Shown here: in pieces, positions 1 to 10,192 of the stretch | Layout: each line of letters begins with the position of its first letter | Position numbering within the stretch: position 1 is the first letter of the stretch | Virus record (IMG/VR): IMGVR_UViG_3300042908_001001 | Coordinates: 1 to 64,000 of that record | Direction: 5' to 3' (one strand) | Length of the DNA stretch: 64,000 bases | DNA from: a virus | The notes under the pieces: generated by a model | Told to the model about the DNA's origin: nothing | Databases searched by the model: none | What the model saw: only the letters and a program-made list of their open reading frames with translations | Program-made: the position numbers and the translations under genes

Positions 1-41
1 TAGGGACTAGCTTTGAGGGTGCGTACCAACTCCCTGATTTA

Positions 42-398
42 TTGGTAGCGGCGATCATCAAATCCTACGCATACAAAGGAAAAGAAATTGCTCAGGATAT
101 TGATTCAATATTAGGAGCCATCGGATTACGGGTTTATATTCAAAACTCACTTGGATGGTCACAACCTGAAAAACAAGTTGAAACTTCCACAACCACAAAA
201 TGGATGGTAGAGCGTTACCTAGAGCTAGGTCAATTAGCTTCCGACCTGTTAGATGAAAACGAAGCTCTCAAGGCTGGTAACGCGAACCTAAGCGCGATTA
301 CTCCCTATCTAGACATGGTGAATCGGTCAGTCAATACCACTCATGCCCTGATACTCCAAACCAAAGCGATCGCCGAAAATATCAAAGCCTATGCCTAA
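42..398 (+). CDS. 5'-truncated hypothetical protein, possibly antirepressor-like
   Basis: Weak TTG start at the window edge; the SYAY...AQ...GAIGLRVYIQ..LGW pattern resembles cyanobacterial phage regulatory proteins. Confidence 0.35.
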   Translation: MVAAIIKSYAYKGKEIAQDIDSILGAIGLRVYIQNSLGWSQPEKQVETSTTTKWMVERYLELGQLASDLLDENEALKAGNANLSAITPYLDMVNRSVNTTHALILQTKAIAENIKAYA

Positions 399-497
399 AC
401 CGCTTTGCTTTTTGAATCCTAAAAATCAAATAGCGATCGCCCATCTACCAAGAAAACTGCGATCGCTACTATTAAACCAAAAGAGAGGTCTAAAACC

Positions 498-875
498 ATG
501 ATATGTCAAAAATGCCCATTTTTCCAAGAGTCCGATATTTCTACTCAGTTCGGTGTGTGTGATGACGTTGAATTTACCCCAGTACGCCGTAATTGGGAGT
601 TTACCGCTATCTGTGAATCCAAGCTCAAAGGTTTTAAATTCGTCAAGTCCCCTATGAGTTTTGCCTTAGAGCGTGGCGATTGGGAGATAAGCATCCCTGT
701 TTTCGGTAACCGCTACGTTGTCACCAATCGTGAATTAAGAATCGGTGTAGAGTTTGATCTGTTGTCAGAAGCCATTGGTTATTGTGATAAACACGATCAA
801 CGGGAAAGACTGGAAAATCCTGTATGGGAACCATTAAAACAAGGTGAATTAGCCTATATTGGGAGTGAATTTTAA
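498..875 (+). CDS. hypothetical protein with N-terminal CxxC
   Basis: ATG with GAGAGG RBS; 125 aa. Confidence 0.7.
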   Translation: MICQKCPFFQESDISTQFGVCDDVEFTPVRRNWEFTAICESKLKGFKFVKSPMSFALERGDWEISIPVFGNRYVVTNRELRIGVEFDLLSEAIGYCDKHDQRERLENPVWEPLKQGELAYIGSEF

Positions 876-919
876 TTTAATTTGTGCTAAAATAATTAAA
901 ACATTCATAAGAGGACAAA

Positions 920-1294
920 ATGAGTTTTGAAAATTACAAAGTAGGTCAAAAGATAGGAGTGATGAGTAATGGCTACGACTCGGACGGAGCTACAAAAATA
1001 GGAGAAATAGTTGACGAAACCCCTACGCTTTGGATTGTTAAGTGGGGGAACGAAATTGGACAACAAAAAAGATTTAATAAAAAGACTGGTTACAACTCTC
1101 CTAAAAACGAACATTATTGCGACAACCTGTATTTATGCTCTGAGCAAGAGGCTATTGACACTCTCAGAGATTACCGACAAAGAAAGGATCGCGAACATTG
1201 TGAATGGCAAGCCAAAAATCTTGGCTGTACCTACTCCCAAGAGTTCCAAGACGACTTGTTAAATTTAATCAAAAAACATAAGAGGACAAAGTGA
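920..1294 (+). CDS. hypothetical protein
   Basis: AGAGGA RBS; stop overlaps the next ORF. Confidence 0.7.
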   Translation: MSFENYKVGQKIGVMSNGYDSDGATKIGEIVDETPTLWIVKWGNEIGQQKRFNKKTGYNSPKNEHYCDNLYLCSEQEAIDTLRDYRQRKDREHCEWQAKNLGCTYSQEFQDDLLNLIKKHKRTK

Positions 1295-1497
1295 TGCACT
1301 ACGGAAAATATGAATTATGGATTTCTACTGGTTTTGCTGGACATAATCACACCGAGACTATCGATGTGTCCAAAGATTTAACAGAGGATGAATGGGATGA
1401 AATGACTGAAGATAAACAGTCTGATTACATTCAAGATTATTTACAAGAATTTATTAATGAAAAAATCGAATCAGGATGGAATGAAGTCGATGAATAA
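1291..1497 (+). CDS. small acidic hypothetical protein
   Basis: AGAGGA RBS; coupled to neighbours; very acidic. Confidence 0.65.
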   Translation: MMHYGKYELWISTGFAGHNHTETIDVSKDLTEDEWDEMTEDKQSDYIQDYLQEFINEKIESGWNEVDE

Positions 1498-2470
1498 CTC
1501 AACATTTGCTAGTTTATTTACAGGATTTGGAGGGGCTGACTTAGGGGCTATTGATGCTGGTTTAGTTCCTATTTGGGGGATTGAAAAAGACCGCGATATT
1601 GGGATAGTTGGACAGTCCAACCTTTACAAAAATCATTGCATTACTTTTGGCGATATTCGTGATGTTGCTTTCTCAAATGTCACCAATAAACCAGACTGGC
1701 TTCATGCCTCACCCCCTTGTACGACTGCTACTGTGGTTAATAAAAAAGGAGAATCACAGGAAGATATTGAGCTTGCGGAAGCGGTTTGTAGAGCGATTGA
1801 GATTCTACAACCTGAATATTTTTCCTTAGAAAATGTTGCGGGGTATCTTAATTACAAGTCTTTTGATTTAATCCGAAAACAGTTATTCGTAAATAATTAT
1901 AATCGTTCTACTGTTGTTTTAGATTGTTCTGATTATGGAGTTCCACAAACTCGAAAGAGATTGTTTTTGATTGCATCTAAAAATGAATCTATCTTTGATT
2001 GGAATGCGAGATTAAAGCCAGTAGAAAAGAAAATTAGTTGGTATGACGCGATCACTGACTTAATCCCTACTCTCCCAGAATGGCATTTAACTGATTCTCA
2101 AAAAGAACGATTAACCGAGTATTTTAACCAAGACATTACTCAAGATAGTTTTAAGATTCCTAATCTTGCAATTCAAAACGCTGGGAATCGTAAAAAGGAT
2201 GGTGAACAAAATCATACTATTCGATTTGCTTACAAGCCTGTATTTACACTTAAGGCTATGTCTGGCAATATTCGAGTTAATCCCCATCAGGTAACTTTAG
2301 TGGTTGATGGGAAAGTATTGCGTACTACTATTGAATGTTATGCCCGTTGGCAATCTTTCCCTTATAACTATCAGTTTAGTGGTGATTTTAAGCTAGATAT
2401 GCGCGGTGTTGGCAATGCCGTTCCGCCGTTAATGTTTTCTCAAATTGTAAGGAGCGTTTTAAATGCTTAA
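1490..2470 (+). CDS. DNA cytosine-C5 methyltransferase
   Basis: Motifs I (LFTGFGG), IV (SPPC), VI (ENV), VIII (QTRKR) and X (GNAVPP); ATG at 1490 overlaps the upstream gene end. Confidence 0.93.
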   Translation: MNNSTFASLFTGFGGADLGAIDAGLVPIWGIEKDRDIGIVGQSNLYKNHCITFGDIRDVAFSNVTNKPDWLHASPPCTTATVVNKKGESQEDIELAEAVCRAIEILQPEYFSLENVAGYLNYKSFDLIRKQLFVNNYNRSTVVLDCSDYGVPQTRKRLFLIASKNESIFDWNARLKPVEKKISWYDAITDLIPTLPEWHLTDSQKERLTEYFNQDITQDSFKIPNLAIQNAGNRKKDGEQNHTIRFAYKPVFTLKAMSGNIRVNPHQVTLVVDGKVLRTTIECYARWQSFPYNYQFSGDFKLDMRGVGNAVPPLMFSQIVRSVLNA

Positions 2471-2672
2471 ATCTGAAATTGAAGCAAACGAGGAAATAAA
2501 CAAAATAGGATACACCGATCCCTTTTTAAGGAATCAAGCCTATAAAACTTTATTGCATTACTTAAGATTGTTTAACGGTGAATATCCACGACTTCCAAGA
2601 AAATTCAAAAAGAAATATCCAGTGTATGCAAACACAATAAAAGCAAGAAAAAGGAGTGTTTTAAATGGCTAA
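2463..2672 (+). CDS. hypothetical protein
   Basis: AGGAG RBS; coupled ORF. Confidence 0.6.
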   Translation: MLKSEIEANEEINKIGYTDPFLRNQAYKTLLHYLRLFNGEYPRLPRKFKKKYPVYANTIKARKRSVLNG

Positions 2673-2856
2673 ACCATACTGCAAAATCGAAACCAACAAT
2701 CAATCAATTCACGACGCTGTAATGGCTACACCGTATTTATTAAAAGCATTAGTTGATTATCAAAGAGCTAATCCTTTAATGACTGATAAAGATCGTGAGC
2801 TTTTTAATGAAGCACAAACCGCTATTGATATGGCACTAAAAAACTATAAGCCTTAA
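2665..2856 (+). CDS. hypothetical protein
   Basis: AGGAG RBS; coupled ORF. Confidence 0.6.
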   Translation: MAKPYCKIETNNQSIHDAVMATPYLLKALVDYQRANPLMTDKDRELFNEAQTAIDMALKNYKP

Positions 2857-2868
2857 AGAGTGTTTTAA

Positions 2869-3078
2869 ATGGAAACTAAGTTTATTAGTAAGTTTTGTTT
2901 GTTTGATGGAATTTTAGTAAAAAGAGGAAATTCTTGGTCATCGCATCCTCTTATGATTGAAGATTGCTATATTCACGACACGCTAGAAGAAGCCAAAATC
3001 AAGGCTGAACAAATGCGTTTAGCTGAGATTGAAAAGCTACAATCCAAACTTACTAAATTACAAGAGTTGAGGTTTTAA
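2869..3078 (+). CDS. hypothetical protein
   Basis: Shares the GAGYGTTTTAAATG start context with the two preceding ORFs. Confidence 0.6.
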   Translation: METKFISKFCLFDGILVKRGNSWSSHPLMIEDCYIHDTLEEAKIKAEQMRLAEIEKLQSKLTKLQELRF

Positions 3079-3080
3079 TT

Positions 3081-3284
3081 ATGATTGTCGAAGCTAAACA
3101 ATTAAAGCGGGGGATGATTATTTATTCTACCTATGCAAAAATCTGTTTAACAGTTCAAGGTGTTTATCATCGAACTTGTGATGACGTTTTGCTCGTATAT
3201 TTTATGGAAGATGATCGCCCAATGGGTTTTATAAATCATGAACGTACTTTTCCTGTCATCGGTCAATCAACTATTTTAACTTAG
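3081..3284 (+). CDS. hypothetical protein
   Basis: GAGG RBS; last ORF of the run. Confidence 0.55.
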   Translation: MIVEAKQLKRGMIIYSTYAKICLTVQGVYHRTCDDVLLVYFMEDDRPMGFINHERTFPVIGQSTILT

Positions 3285-3316
3285 TTAATATCTATTAAAG
3301 AGTTTTTGAAATAGAT

Positions 3317-6148
3317 ATGGCACAGGCGGCGATAGGATTAGGAATATCTACAGGCTTAAGTTTGCTAGGAAATAGCCTTAAGCCTGTTTCTCGTAGTTAC
3401 AACGAGGTAAATAAATCAGATAGCCTTATCCTGCCAAAATCGGGATCGGGCTTCACTCTATCACGTATCTATGGCAAGAAAAAAATAGAATCCTGTTTTA
3501 TTTTTTGGGCAGTCGATAAAATTAATCGTCCGACAACCAGTACCCAAACTTCTGGTAGTAAAAAAAAAGGGAATCGATCATCAGTAACTACTACTACTAA
3601 TAATTATTTTTATACCTTTGCGGTGGCAGTTTGTGATGGGTCAAATAATAGCGTTTCAGAAATTAAACAGATTTATTTTAATGGGAAGATTTGGTATAAC
3701 GCAGAGGGTGAACTAGAGGGAACTGCACAAAATAATAGCTTTATTCTGTCTCAACATTTAGAAATTTATTTAGGAACCAGTGGGCAGGGGAAAAGTCCCA
3801 CCATTGAATCCTATGAAGGGAGTCGCAGAACACCTCCACTAAAGCATACTTGTTATTTGGTTTTTAAAGAAATTCCTGAATCGGTAGTCGGAACATGGCC
3901 TCCGACAATATCCGTCACAATCCAAGGATCAAAGGATAATCTATACACCACAATCAATGATGTTTGCGAATCGGCAGGATTAATAGAGTCGGTTCATTTT
4001 CACGCTGGTACGGTAGGGAATATCACAGTCACAGGAGCCGAATTTAAGCAGGACGGGGGGACTTATTCTGATTTTTTGGATGAACTACTACAGCGTCACT
4101 TTGTAATGGCTAGAATCGCAAATAATGGTAGTTATGGAGACTATAACGGAGCAATTCAATTCCTAAGACAGAATGATGAGGGGTTGACGACTCATACACT
4201 AACTGCCGACGATTTAAGGGCTAGAGAAGTCGGGTCTGGTGAAGACATAGAACCCTACAAAGAAATCTTTGAAGACGCTTTAAAATTACCGTCCGAAGTA
4301 TCAGTTACCGCAGTTGATCCTAACAATAAATTTAAAGCCATTTCGAGGTCTGTAATTAAACATGGCTTAACCCATAGGAATGTTCTAAACATTAACACCA
4401 ACCTTGCAATGACAGAGGGAATGTGTGATGAACTAGCCTATAAAAAACTCAAGCAAGCGTGGATTGAAAGGCGAGAATATGAAGAAATAACATTACTTCC
4501 CCACTGGTTAGACGCTGGTATGATCGCAGGGGATAAGCTGGTTTTGCCATTGGAATCAGGCGATAATGTGACGCTACAAATAACAGAGATTAATATCGGT
4601 GCTAATTTTCTTTTAAACATTAAAGCCAAGGCATTTGAAGAAGATTTATTTACTCAAGTTCCGACTAGAGAATTTAGCAACATTGTAACGGCTTCCACTA
4701 CGATTCAATTACCACAAACTAATTTAGTTAGTTTTACGTCATTAACTAATGCCGATGGAACTGTTGAGTATGAAAAAGATGTTGATTATTCAATCAATCT
4801 AGAAACGGGTGTAATTACCCCTATAGGAGCCGCTATTACATCGGGAAGTAGTTTAGTCGCAAACTATCAATCGGGTGTAGATACGACTACTGTAATCACG
4901 AATGATCCTACTTTAGAAACTCCAAACTATCCTGATCCTGAATTGGTTCTTTTGGATATTTATAAACCTAAATCAACAGATAGAGAAGGTTTATATATTG
5001 CGATTAAAAGCAATGGAGATTTTACGGATACGGGTATTTTTGCGAGAGAATCGGGGGGGACTTTTCAGCAAATTTCGGTTATCTCAAGCTTATCAACTGT
5101 TGGAACCATTTCAAATTCATTGCCCTTGGTGACGGGGGAAGATTTAACCAGTACATTAACGATTGTTTTAGACAATGGAACTATTGACCCTTTAAGCGAT
5201 ACTGATTACGGAAATAATGTTGAGGTATTGTTAATTGGAGATGAACAAGTCTGTATTAAAAACAAAACTTTAACGGCTCCTAATACTTACTCTTGTACGA
5301 CAATCAAGAGGGCTTTAAATGGAACTGTACCAGCTAGTCATGCGATTGGGACTAGGGTGATAATGCTTAAAGGTAATAATGACTTACCCTTGATTGAATT
5401 ACCATCAACTCAAATAGGTAAAACACTGGAATTTAAAGCGGTCGTGGTTGGCAAAACAATTAGTCAAGTTGCGACACAATATTCAATCAATTTTACTGGG
5501 AATGCTTGGGAATGTTTACCCGTTTCAAACGTCACAGCAACCAAGGATCAGGGTGGGAATATTTATATTGATTGGACAGGAAATAATAGAGGGACTGGGT
5601 TAGTATTACCAGAAAAATATGAAATAGATATTATCGATTCGGGAGTTATTAGAACACTAGAGACTTCTGTTAGTAATTGCGTTTATTCTTATACGGATCA
5701 AGTAACTGATTTTGGTAGTATTCAATCCACAATAGAGGTTATTATTTATCAGGTTTCTAGTGAAGTCGGTAGAGGTATTCCCTATGCTATTTCGCTTACT
5801 CCTAGTTTAGTTTCTATTATTCCAACTATTACGGATTTTTCTCCAAGGTCAGGATTAAATGGACAAATTACCATCTACGGAAACGGATTTACTGGATCTA
5901 CTGATGCAAGTATTAACGGTGTTTCAATCACTAGCTTTACTGTGGTTAGTGATGGGGTTATTACTGGGGATATTCCAACAGCCACGACAGGAAAAGTTAC
6001 CGTCACCAATTCAACGGGTACTGGTGAAAGTTTAACGGATTTCTTTATCACAAGTGGCTCTGTTTCTTGGGGTGAAATAGGGGGGACTGTTGGAACTAAT
6101 CCGTCACTTGAATATCAATTATTAAAAACATTTTGGATTTATTCTTAA
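3317..6148 (+). CDS. tail tip / host-specificity protein (GTA-like, J-type) with C-terminal IPT/TIG-like domain
   Basis: N-terminal RIYG...YTFAVAVC...IKQIYFNGK; GDE...RALNGT...HAIGTRV; C-terminal PTITDFSP...ITIYGNGF; 943 aa. Confidence 0.85.
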   Translation: MAQAAIGLGISTGLSLLGNSLKPVSRSYNEVNKSDSLILPKSGSGFTLSRIYGKKKIESCFIFWAVDKINRPTTSTQTSGSKKKGNRSSVTTTTNNYFYTFAVAVCDGSNNSVSEIKQIYFNGKIWYNAEGELEGTAQNNSFILSQHLEIYLGTSGQGKSPTIESYEGSRRTPPLKHTCYLVFKEIPESVVGTWPPTISVTIQGSKDNLYTTINDVCESAGLIESVHFHAGTVGNITVTGAEFKQDGGTYSDFLDELLQRHFVMARIANNGSYGDYNGAIQFLRQNDEGLTTHTLTADDLRAREVGSGEDIEPYKEIFEDALKLPSEVSVTAVDPNNKFKAISRSVIKHGLTHRNVLNINTNLAMTEGMCDELAYKKLKQAWIERREYEEITLLPHWLDAGMIAGDKLVLPLESGDNVTLQITEINIGANFLLNIKAKAFEEDLFTQVPTREFSNIVTASTTIQLPQTNLVSFTSLTNADGTVEYEKDVDYSINLETGVITPIGAAITSGSSLVANYQSGVDTTTVITNDPTLETPNYPDPELVLLDIYKPKSTDREGLYIAIKSNGDFTDTGIFARESGGTFQQISVISSLSTVGTISNSLPLVTGEDLTSTLTIVLDNGTIDPLSDTDYGNNVEVLLIGDEQVCIKNKTLTAPNTYSCTTIKRALNGTVPASHAIGTRVIMLKGNNDLPLIELPSTQIGKTLEFKAVVVGKTISQVATQYSINFTGNAWECLPVSNVTATKDQGGNIYIDWTGNNRGTGLVLPEKYEIDIIDSGVIRTLETSVSNCVYSYTDQVTDFGSIQSTIEVIIYQVSSEVGRGIPYAISLTPSLVSIIPTITDFSPRSGLNGQITIYGNGFTGSTDASINGVSITSFTVVSDGVITGDIPTATTGKVTVTNSTGTGESLTDFFITSGSVSWGEIGGTVGTNPSLEYQLLKTFWIYS

Positions 6149-6157
6149 GGAGATTTT

Positions 6158-6514
6158 ATGGCTTCAACAATTAGTGATCCGCTATTTAAGGCGGTTGTTT
6201 TAAATAGTACGCTAACAACAGAGTTATTAAAAGCCGCTACAGGTACTAGGATAAAAATCACTCATATTACTATCAGTAACGGCGCAACGGCTGGCACTAT
6301 TACGCTAAGTCGTCTTGATAGTTCAAATTCGGTAGTAGCTAGGATTTTAAACGCCGCTCCTATTTTAGGAAATGCTTCTGTTTCGGGTAGTGGTTTTCCT
6401 CAACCGTTTGAATTTACAGAGTTTTATCTAGAAGCTGGCGATGAATTAAGAGGCGGTGCGACGACTACTACAGATGCCGAAATATCAATCGATTATTACG
6501 TTATTACGCTATGA
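6158..6514 (+). CDS. small beta-rich virion/tail protein
   Basis: AGGAG RBS; directly follows the tail tip gene. Confidence 0.6.
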   Translation: MASTISDPLFKAVVLNSTLTTELLKAATGTRIKITHITISNGATAGTITLSRLDSSNSVVARILNAAPILGNASVSGSGFPQPFEFTEFYLEAGDELRGGATTTTDAEISIDYYVITL

Positions 6515-7542
6515 GTTTTCGCAATGTTATTTCTGATAAAGGTAGTAAATTTAGGACTGGATTAGATAAAATAAGTCCGTCTAATACCTCTGTTGTTATT
6601 GACAGTAATGTAGGGAATAATTCAGTTAGATTATTTAGAAGTGGGCTAGGAAAAAGTCAATCCGTAACAACGGTTGATCAGTCAATAATTGAGATTGTTC
6701 GACCCCAACTTTTTAGGAATGGATTAGGAAAATCTAGTCCTGTTGTGACAACTACAACTCAGCCAGTTATTGAAGTTGTGCGTCCTCAATTATTTAGAAC
6801 GGGATTAGGTAAAAGGGATGGGGGTGGCGCGATCGCAGATCCCTTAGAATCCCTAAAAACCAACTTAATAAGTTATTGGAATTTAGACGAATCTAGTGGT
6901 ACTAGAAACGATTCTTTTGGGACTAATCACTTAACTTTATCTGGTACGGTTGACAATAAGTTTAATGGAGCAAATTTTAACAATAGCCCTAGTAATCGAC
7001 TTGCAAAAACTAGTAATTCAGACTTACAAATAAATGGCAGTAGTTTTACTGTTTGTTGTTGGGCATGGTTGCGATCAAAAACAAGTTATAGGGGATTTAT
7101 TACAAAAGATGACATTAGTTCTGGGCGGGAATTTAACATAGCTTACATCGCGTCAGAAGGTGCAATATTAGATAAAATAGTTTTTAACGTTTTTAATTTA
7201 GCCGTAGGAACTGGCGGGGCATCTGCGATCGCGTCAACATTTGGGAGTCCTCCAACGGAACAATGGATCTTTGTTGTTGGGCAATATGATTCAGTTAATA
7301 ATTTAGCCTATATTTCTGCAAATAACGGAGCAAAAAATTCTGTCTCTACAGCAGGAATTTCGGTCGGTGCTGGTAATGCGGATTTTACGATTGGATCTTG
7401 GAGTGGTGGGGTTTTTTCTCTTACTAATGACGGAGGAGTAAAACAAGCAGGATTGTGGAAAAGACTATTAACAGACGATGAAATAACTTTGCTTTATAAC
7501 AATGGACTAGGGAGAAAGTATATAGGATCTAGCTTTGTTTAA
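6511..7542 (+). CDS. LamG/concanavalin-fold tail protein with four N-terminal FRxGLxK repeats
   Basis: LISYWNLDESSG...FTVCCW...QWIFVVGQYD...LLTDDEITLLYN. Confidence 0.8.
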   Translation: MSFRNVISDKGSKFRTGLDKISPSNTSVVIDSNVGNNSVRLFRSGLGKSQSVTTVDQSIIEIVRPQLFRNGLGKSSPVVTTTTQPVIEVVRPQLFRTGLGKRDGGGAIADPLESLKTNLISYWNLDESSGTRNDSFGTNHLTLSGTVDNKFNGANFNNSPSNRLAKTSNSDLQINGSSFTVCCWAWLRSKTSYRGFITKDDISSGREFNIAYIASEGAILDKIVFNVFNLAVGTGGASAIASTFGSPPTEQWIFVVGQYDSVNNLAYISANNGAKNSVSTAGISVGAGNADFTIGSWSGGVFSLTNDGGVKQAGLWKRLLTDDEITLLYNNGLGRKYIGSSFV

Positions 7543-7877
7543 GCACAAGTCACAGCAACGCTTACCTCTAAGTTTCGCGCATCATAAATAATCGTGTTAG
7601 GAGTAGGATCGCCCACTCCACTTCCTGAAGCCTTTGCTATCGAAAACGATATAGGAACGCCTACTAAAAAAGAGCCAAAATTAATTGAGTTACTATATCT
7701 TTTCCATCCAATTTCATTCATGCCAATTCCCACTACAACCCTTTTATTATATTGAGTCGCTATCAATACCAATGGGTAATTATTAGATGGATCAAAAGGA
7801 ATGTTTTCGTCAGACACCCATCGCAAATCGCCAGAAATTTCAAGAATAATATTCTCATCGGCATAGGAAACATACTG
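7539..7877 (-). CDS. in-frame continuation of the DUF2460 gene beyond a TAA (read-through, split gene or nonsense mutation)
   Basis: Same frame as 9398-7878 and open from 7877 to 7539; no convincing start or RBS of its own. Confidence 0.45.
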   Translation of the reverse strand, partial: QYVSYADENIILEISGDLRWVSDENIPFDPSNNYPLVLIATQYNKRVVVGIGMNEIGWKRYSNSINFGSFLVGVPISFSIAKASGSGVGDPTPNTIIYDARNLEVSVAVTCA

Positions 7878-9398
7878 TTACGCACCTTGAGTAAATTCAA
7901 TAGTAACAGGATTGGCTACATTCATAGCCCCCCCCGCATTCATAAGCATATAAATTGGTTGGACTCCTGATTGCCATCCTGGTGTATCCTTACAAGTAGT
8001 TGTATGGTAAACACCCCCCTGATTGATCGCTTTATTAATCACGGATTGATTCGGGGCAGGGGTTCCAGAGCTAGCCCCTCCAGTGGGAATTAATCTTTTC
8101 TTTTGTCCATTCCACATTAGAGTAGCAAAAGATCCATCTACCTCGTAAGTTGCAGTTGAGTAAATACTGCTTTGAACATCAGCATTTGTTGGATAATCTT
8201 CTCTCATAAAAGAAAAAGGAGTAAGAGTTTTAAACACCCAACCTCCACCACACGAATTGTTAGGCCACATTTCACCGCCTTGAGCCGTTCCTGCATAAAA
8301 AGTTACGTTTACGAAAAACCGCCTCAACCTGATCTTAATACAATGACACAAAGTATTGACTTTTGGAGCTTCATGCACAATCGATTGCTTTAAATCAATC
8401 CCTGCAAAGTCCCATCCAAAAGACCTATAAGAACACTTAAAAATATCACTATCAAACCGATAAGATTGACCGCTATAATTAAAAGCGCATTTTCTACCCT
8501 TGGCAACCATAAACAAGGTATAAATCGCTTTTAATTCTTTATCTAACAATCCATTTTGCCCTAGCTTACGAGTTGCTTTTCCTGTTGACTGAATAGCTCT
8601 TTTTTCTTTCTTACTCTGAGTGGTTTTAATCCGAGTAACAGTAAAAGTCCCTTTAGTTATTTCTGGTAACGGGTCGGGAATAAAATCATAATCTATATCA
8701 TCAAAGTCACTCGCAACATAATTATTAAATTTATCATAACTATCTTCAATTAATGCAAATTGTAAAACTTGATAAACGTCATTTGCAGAATGGAAGTTAC
8801 TGTCATTTTCTACTACTTTATGATTTAGCTGATCCTCATCCATGTCAAATCGCATGGGCAAGTCATACTCACAACTAACCGTCAAAGTACCGCTAGGAGT
8901 AAAGCTAAAAGTAACTATTCCCGCATTGATATTTACTGACCATCCAGACGTTAATTCAACTCCATTTGAGTAAACTTTAACCGTACCATTAACAGGCTTT
9001 TTAATCGTCTTATAGGTGTTAGTCCCATTAACGTGATAACGCTTTAAAATCTGGTAGGTTAAACCAGATTTTTGTACTAAAATCCCTTGCTGATAAACCG
9101 TAGTATCACTTGAATAATATTCAGGGGATTGCGTCAAGGTATAGTCTAATTCGTTCTTAAACCTAAACCCTTCATACTTTCCATTTCTAGCGTCAAAAAA
9201 AGCCTTTAGATAGCTAAACTCATCAGCATTTAATAGCATTCCATCGGCATTGATAGAAGTTAAAGATTCCGTGATTCTACAAAATCGTTGCTCCCTACCC
9301 GCCCCGTCTTCCAGTGCCAAGGTATCAAAAGCTGTATCGATCTGCCAGTTGGTTTTAAACAGGTTTAGTCGCGTTTCGGTAAATGGATTTAGGGACAT
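7878..9398 (-). CDS. DUF2460 (TIGR02217-like) distal tail protein, extended
   Basis: GREQR...FFDARNGKYEGFRFK...KPVNGTVKVY...GIVTF...YDLPMRFD. Confidence 0.85.
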   Translation of the reverse strand: MSLNPFTETRLNLFKTNWQIDTAFDTLALEDGAGREQRFCRITESLTSINADGMLLNADEFSYLKAFFDARNGKYEGFRFKNELDYTLTQSPEYYSSDTTVYQQGILVQKSGLTYQILKRYHVNGTNTYKTIKKPVNGTVKVYSNGVELTSGWSVNINAGIVTFSFTPSGTLTVSCEYDLPMRFDMDEDQLNHKVVENDSNFHSANDVYQVLQFALIEDSYDKFNNYVASDFDDIDYDFIPDPLPEITKGTFTVTRIKTTQSKKEKRAIQSTGKATRKLGQNGLLDKELKAIYTLFMVAKGRKCAFNYSGQSYRFDSDIFKCSYRSFGWDFAGIDLKQSIVHEAPKVNTLCHCIKIRLRRFFVNVTFYAGTAQGGEMWPNNSCGGGWVFKTLTPFSFMREDYPTNADVQSSIYSTATYEVDGSFATLMWNGQKKRLIPTGGASSGTPAPNQSVINKAINQGGVYHTTTCKDTPGWQSGVQPIYMLMNAGGAMNVANPVTIEFTQGA

Positions 9399-9490
9399 AT
9401 TGGTGTTTTACTCAAATAATAACCTATTGACATTTTAAAAATCTTGACATAATATCGAATTATCTTTAAAGTTTTTAAAACAAATTTAAT

Positions 9491-10192
9491 ATGGCTAGAC
9501 AAAAGAGATCCGTTTCTAATGATTATGTCAATAAATTGAAAGCAGTTGCTACAAAGGTTTTAGAAGATTGGGAAAAAAGCCCGTCATCCTATGCTGAGTG
9601 CAACATCCAAAAGATAACCTTAGAACGTTGGCGAAAAGGAGATAATTTACCTAGTATCCGTTCAATAGAGAGCTTTTTAGGATTTCTCAGACTCACGATG
9701 AATCGGTGGGATGAATATCTGGACGACAAAATAGATTTTGATACCTTTTGGGGATTAAGGGGGAAAGAACTCGAAGGAAGGGTTATCACTTGGGAATCCG
9801 TAGTAAACGATGCGAGAACCCTAACCCACGAAGAAAGAATGAAAATCGTTCAAGAGTTAGCCATGATAACGGCTGATACCATCGAAAAAGTCGAATTATT
9901 TTCATTGACTAATCAGCAGTTAAAACGTCTTAATACTTTGCTGATTACCTCAAGAGGGAATTTAGGGGATGACGATCTAAAGACGTTTGAAACCATTATT
10001 AATAAAGGCGTTAGTCAGTCTTTAGTTGCCAGTATTATTGATCAAAAAATCATTGGGCTTCCTAAAAAAGAATTTGATATACTGGCAACATTTTTGTTAA
10101 AACCTAGCAGATGGGTGGGTGATACCCTGCTAGGTGTAACAAATCAATTCCTAACTAATTTCGAGGATTTAATTGATGCGCTAGGATCGTAA
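9491..10192 (+). CDS. XRE-like HTH protein, repressor candidate
   Basis: SYAECNIQKITLERWRKGDNLPS HTH; own TTGACA promoter(s) at 9428 and 9444. Confidence 0.55.
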   Translation: MARQKRSVSNDYVNKLKAVATKVLEDWEKSPSSYAECNIQKITLERWRKGDNLPSIRSIESFLGFLRLTMNRWDEYLDDKIDFDTFWGLRGKELEGRVITWESVVNDARTLTHEERMKIVQELAMITADTIEKVELFSLTNQQLKRLNTLLITSRGNLGDDDLKTFETIINKGVSQSLVASIIDQKIIGLPKKEFDILATFLLKPSRWVGDTLLGVTNQFLTNFEDLIDALGS

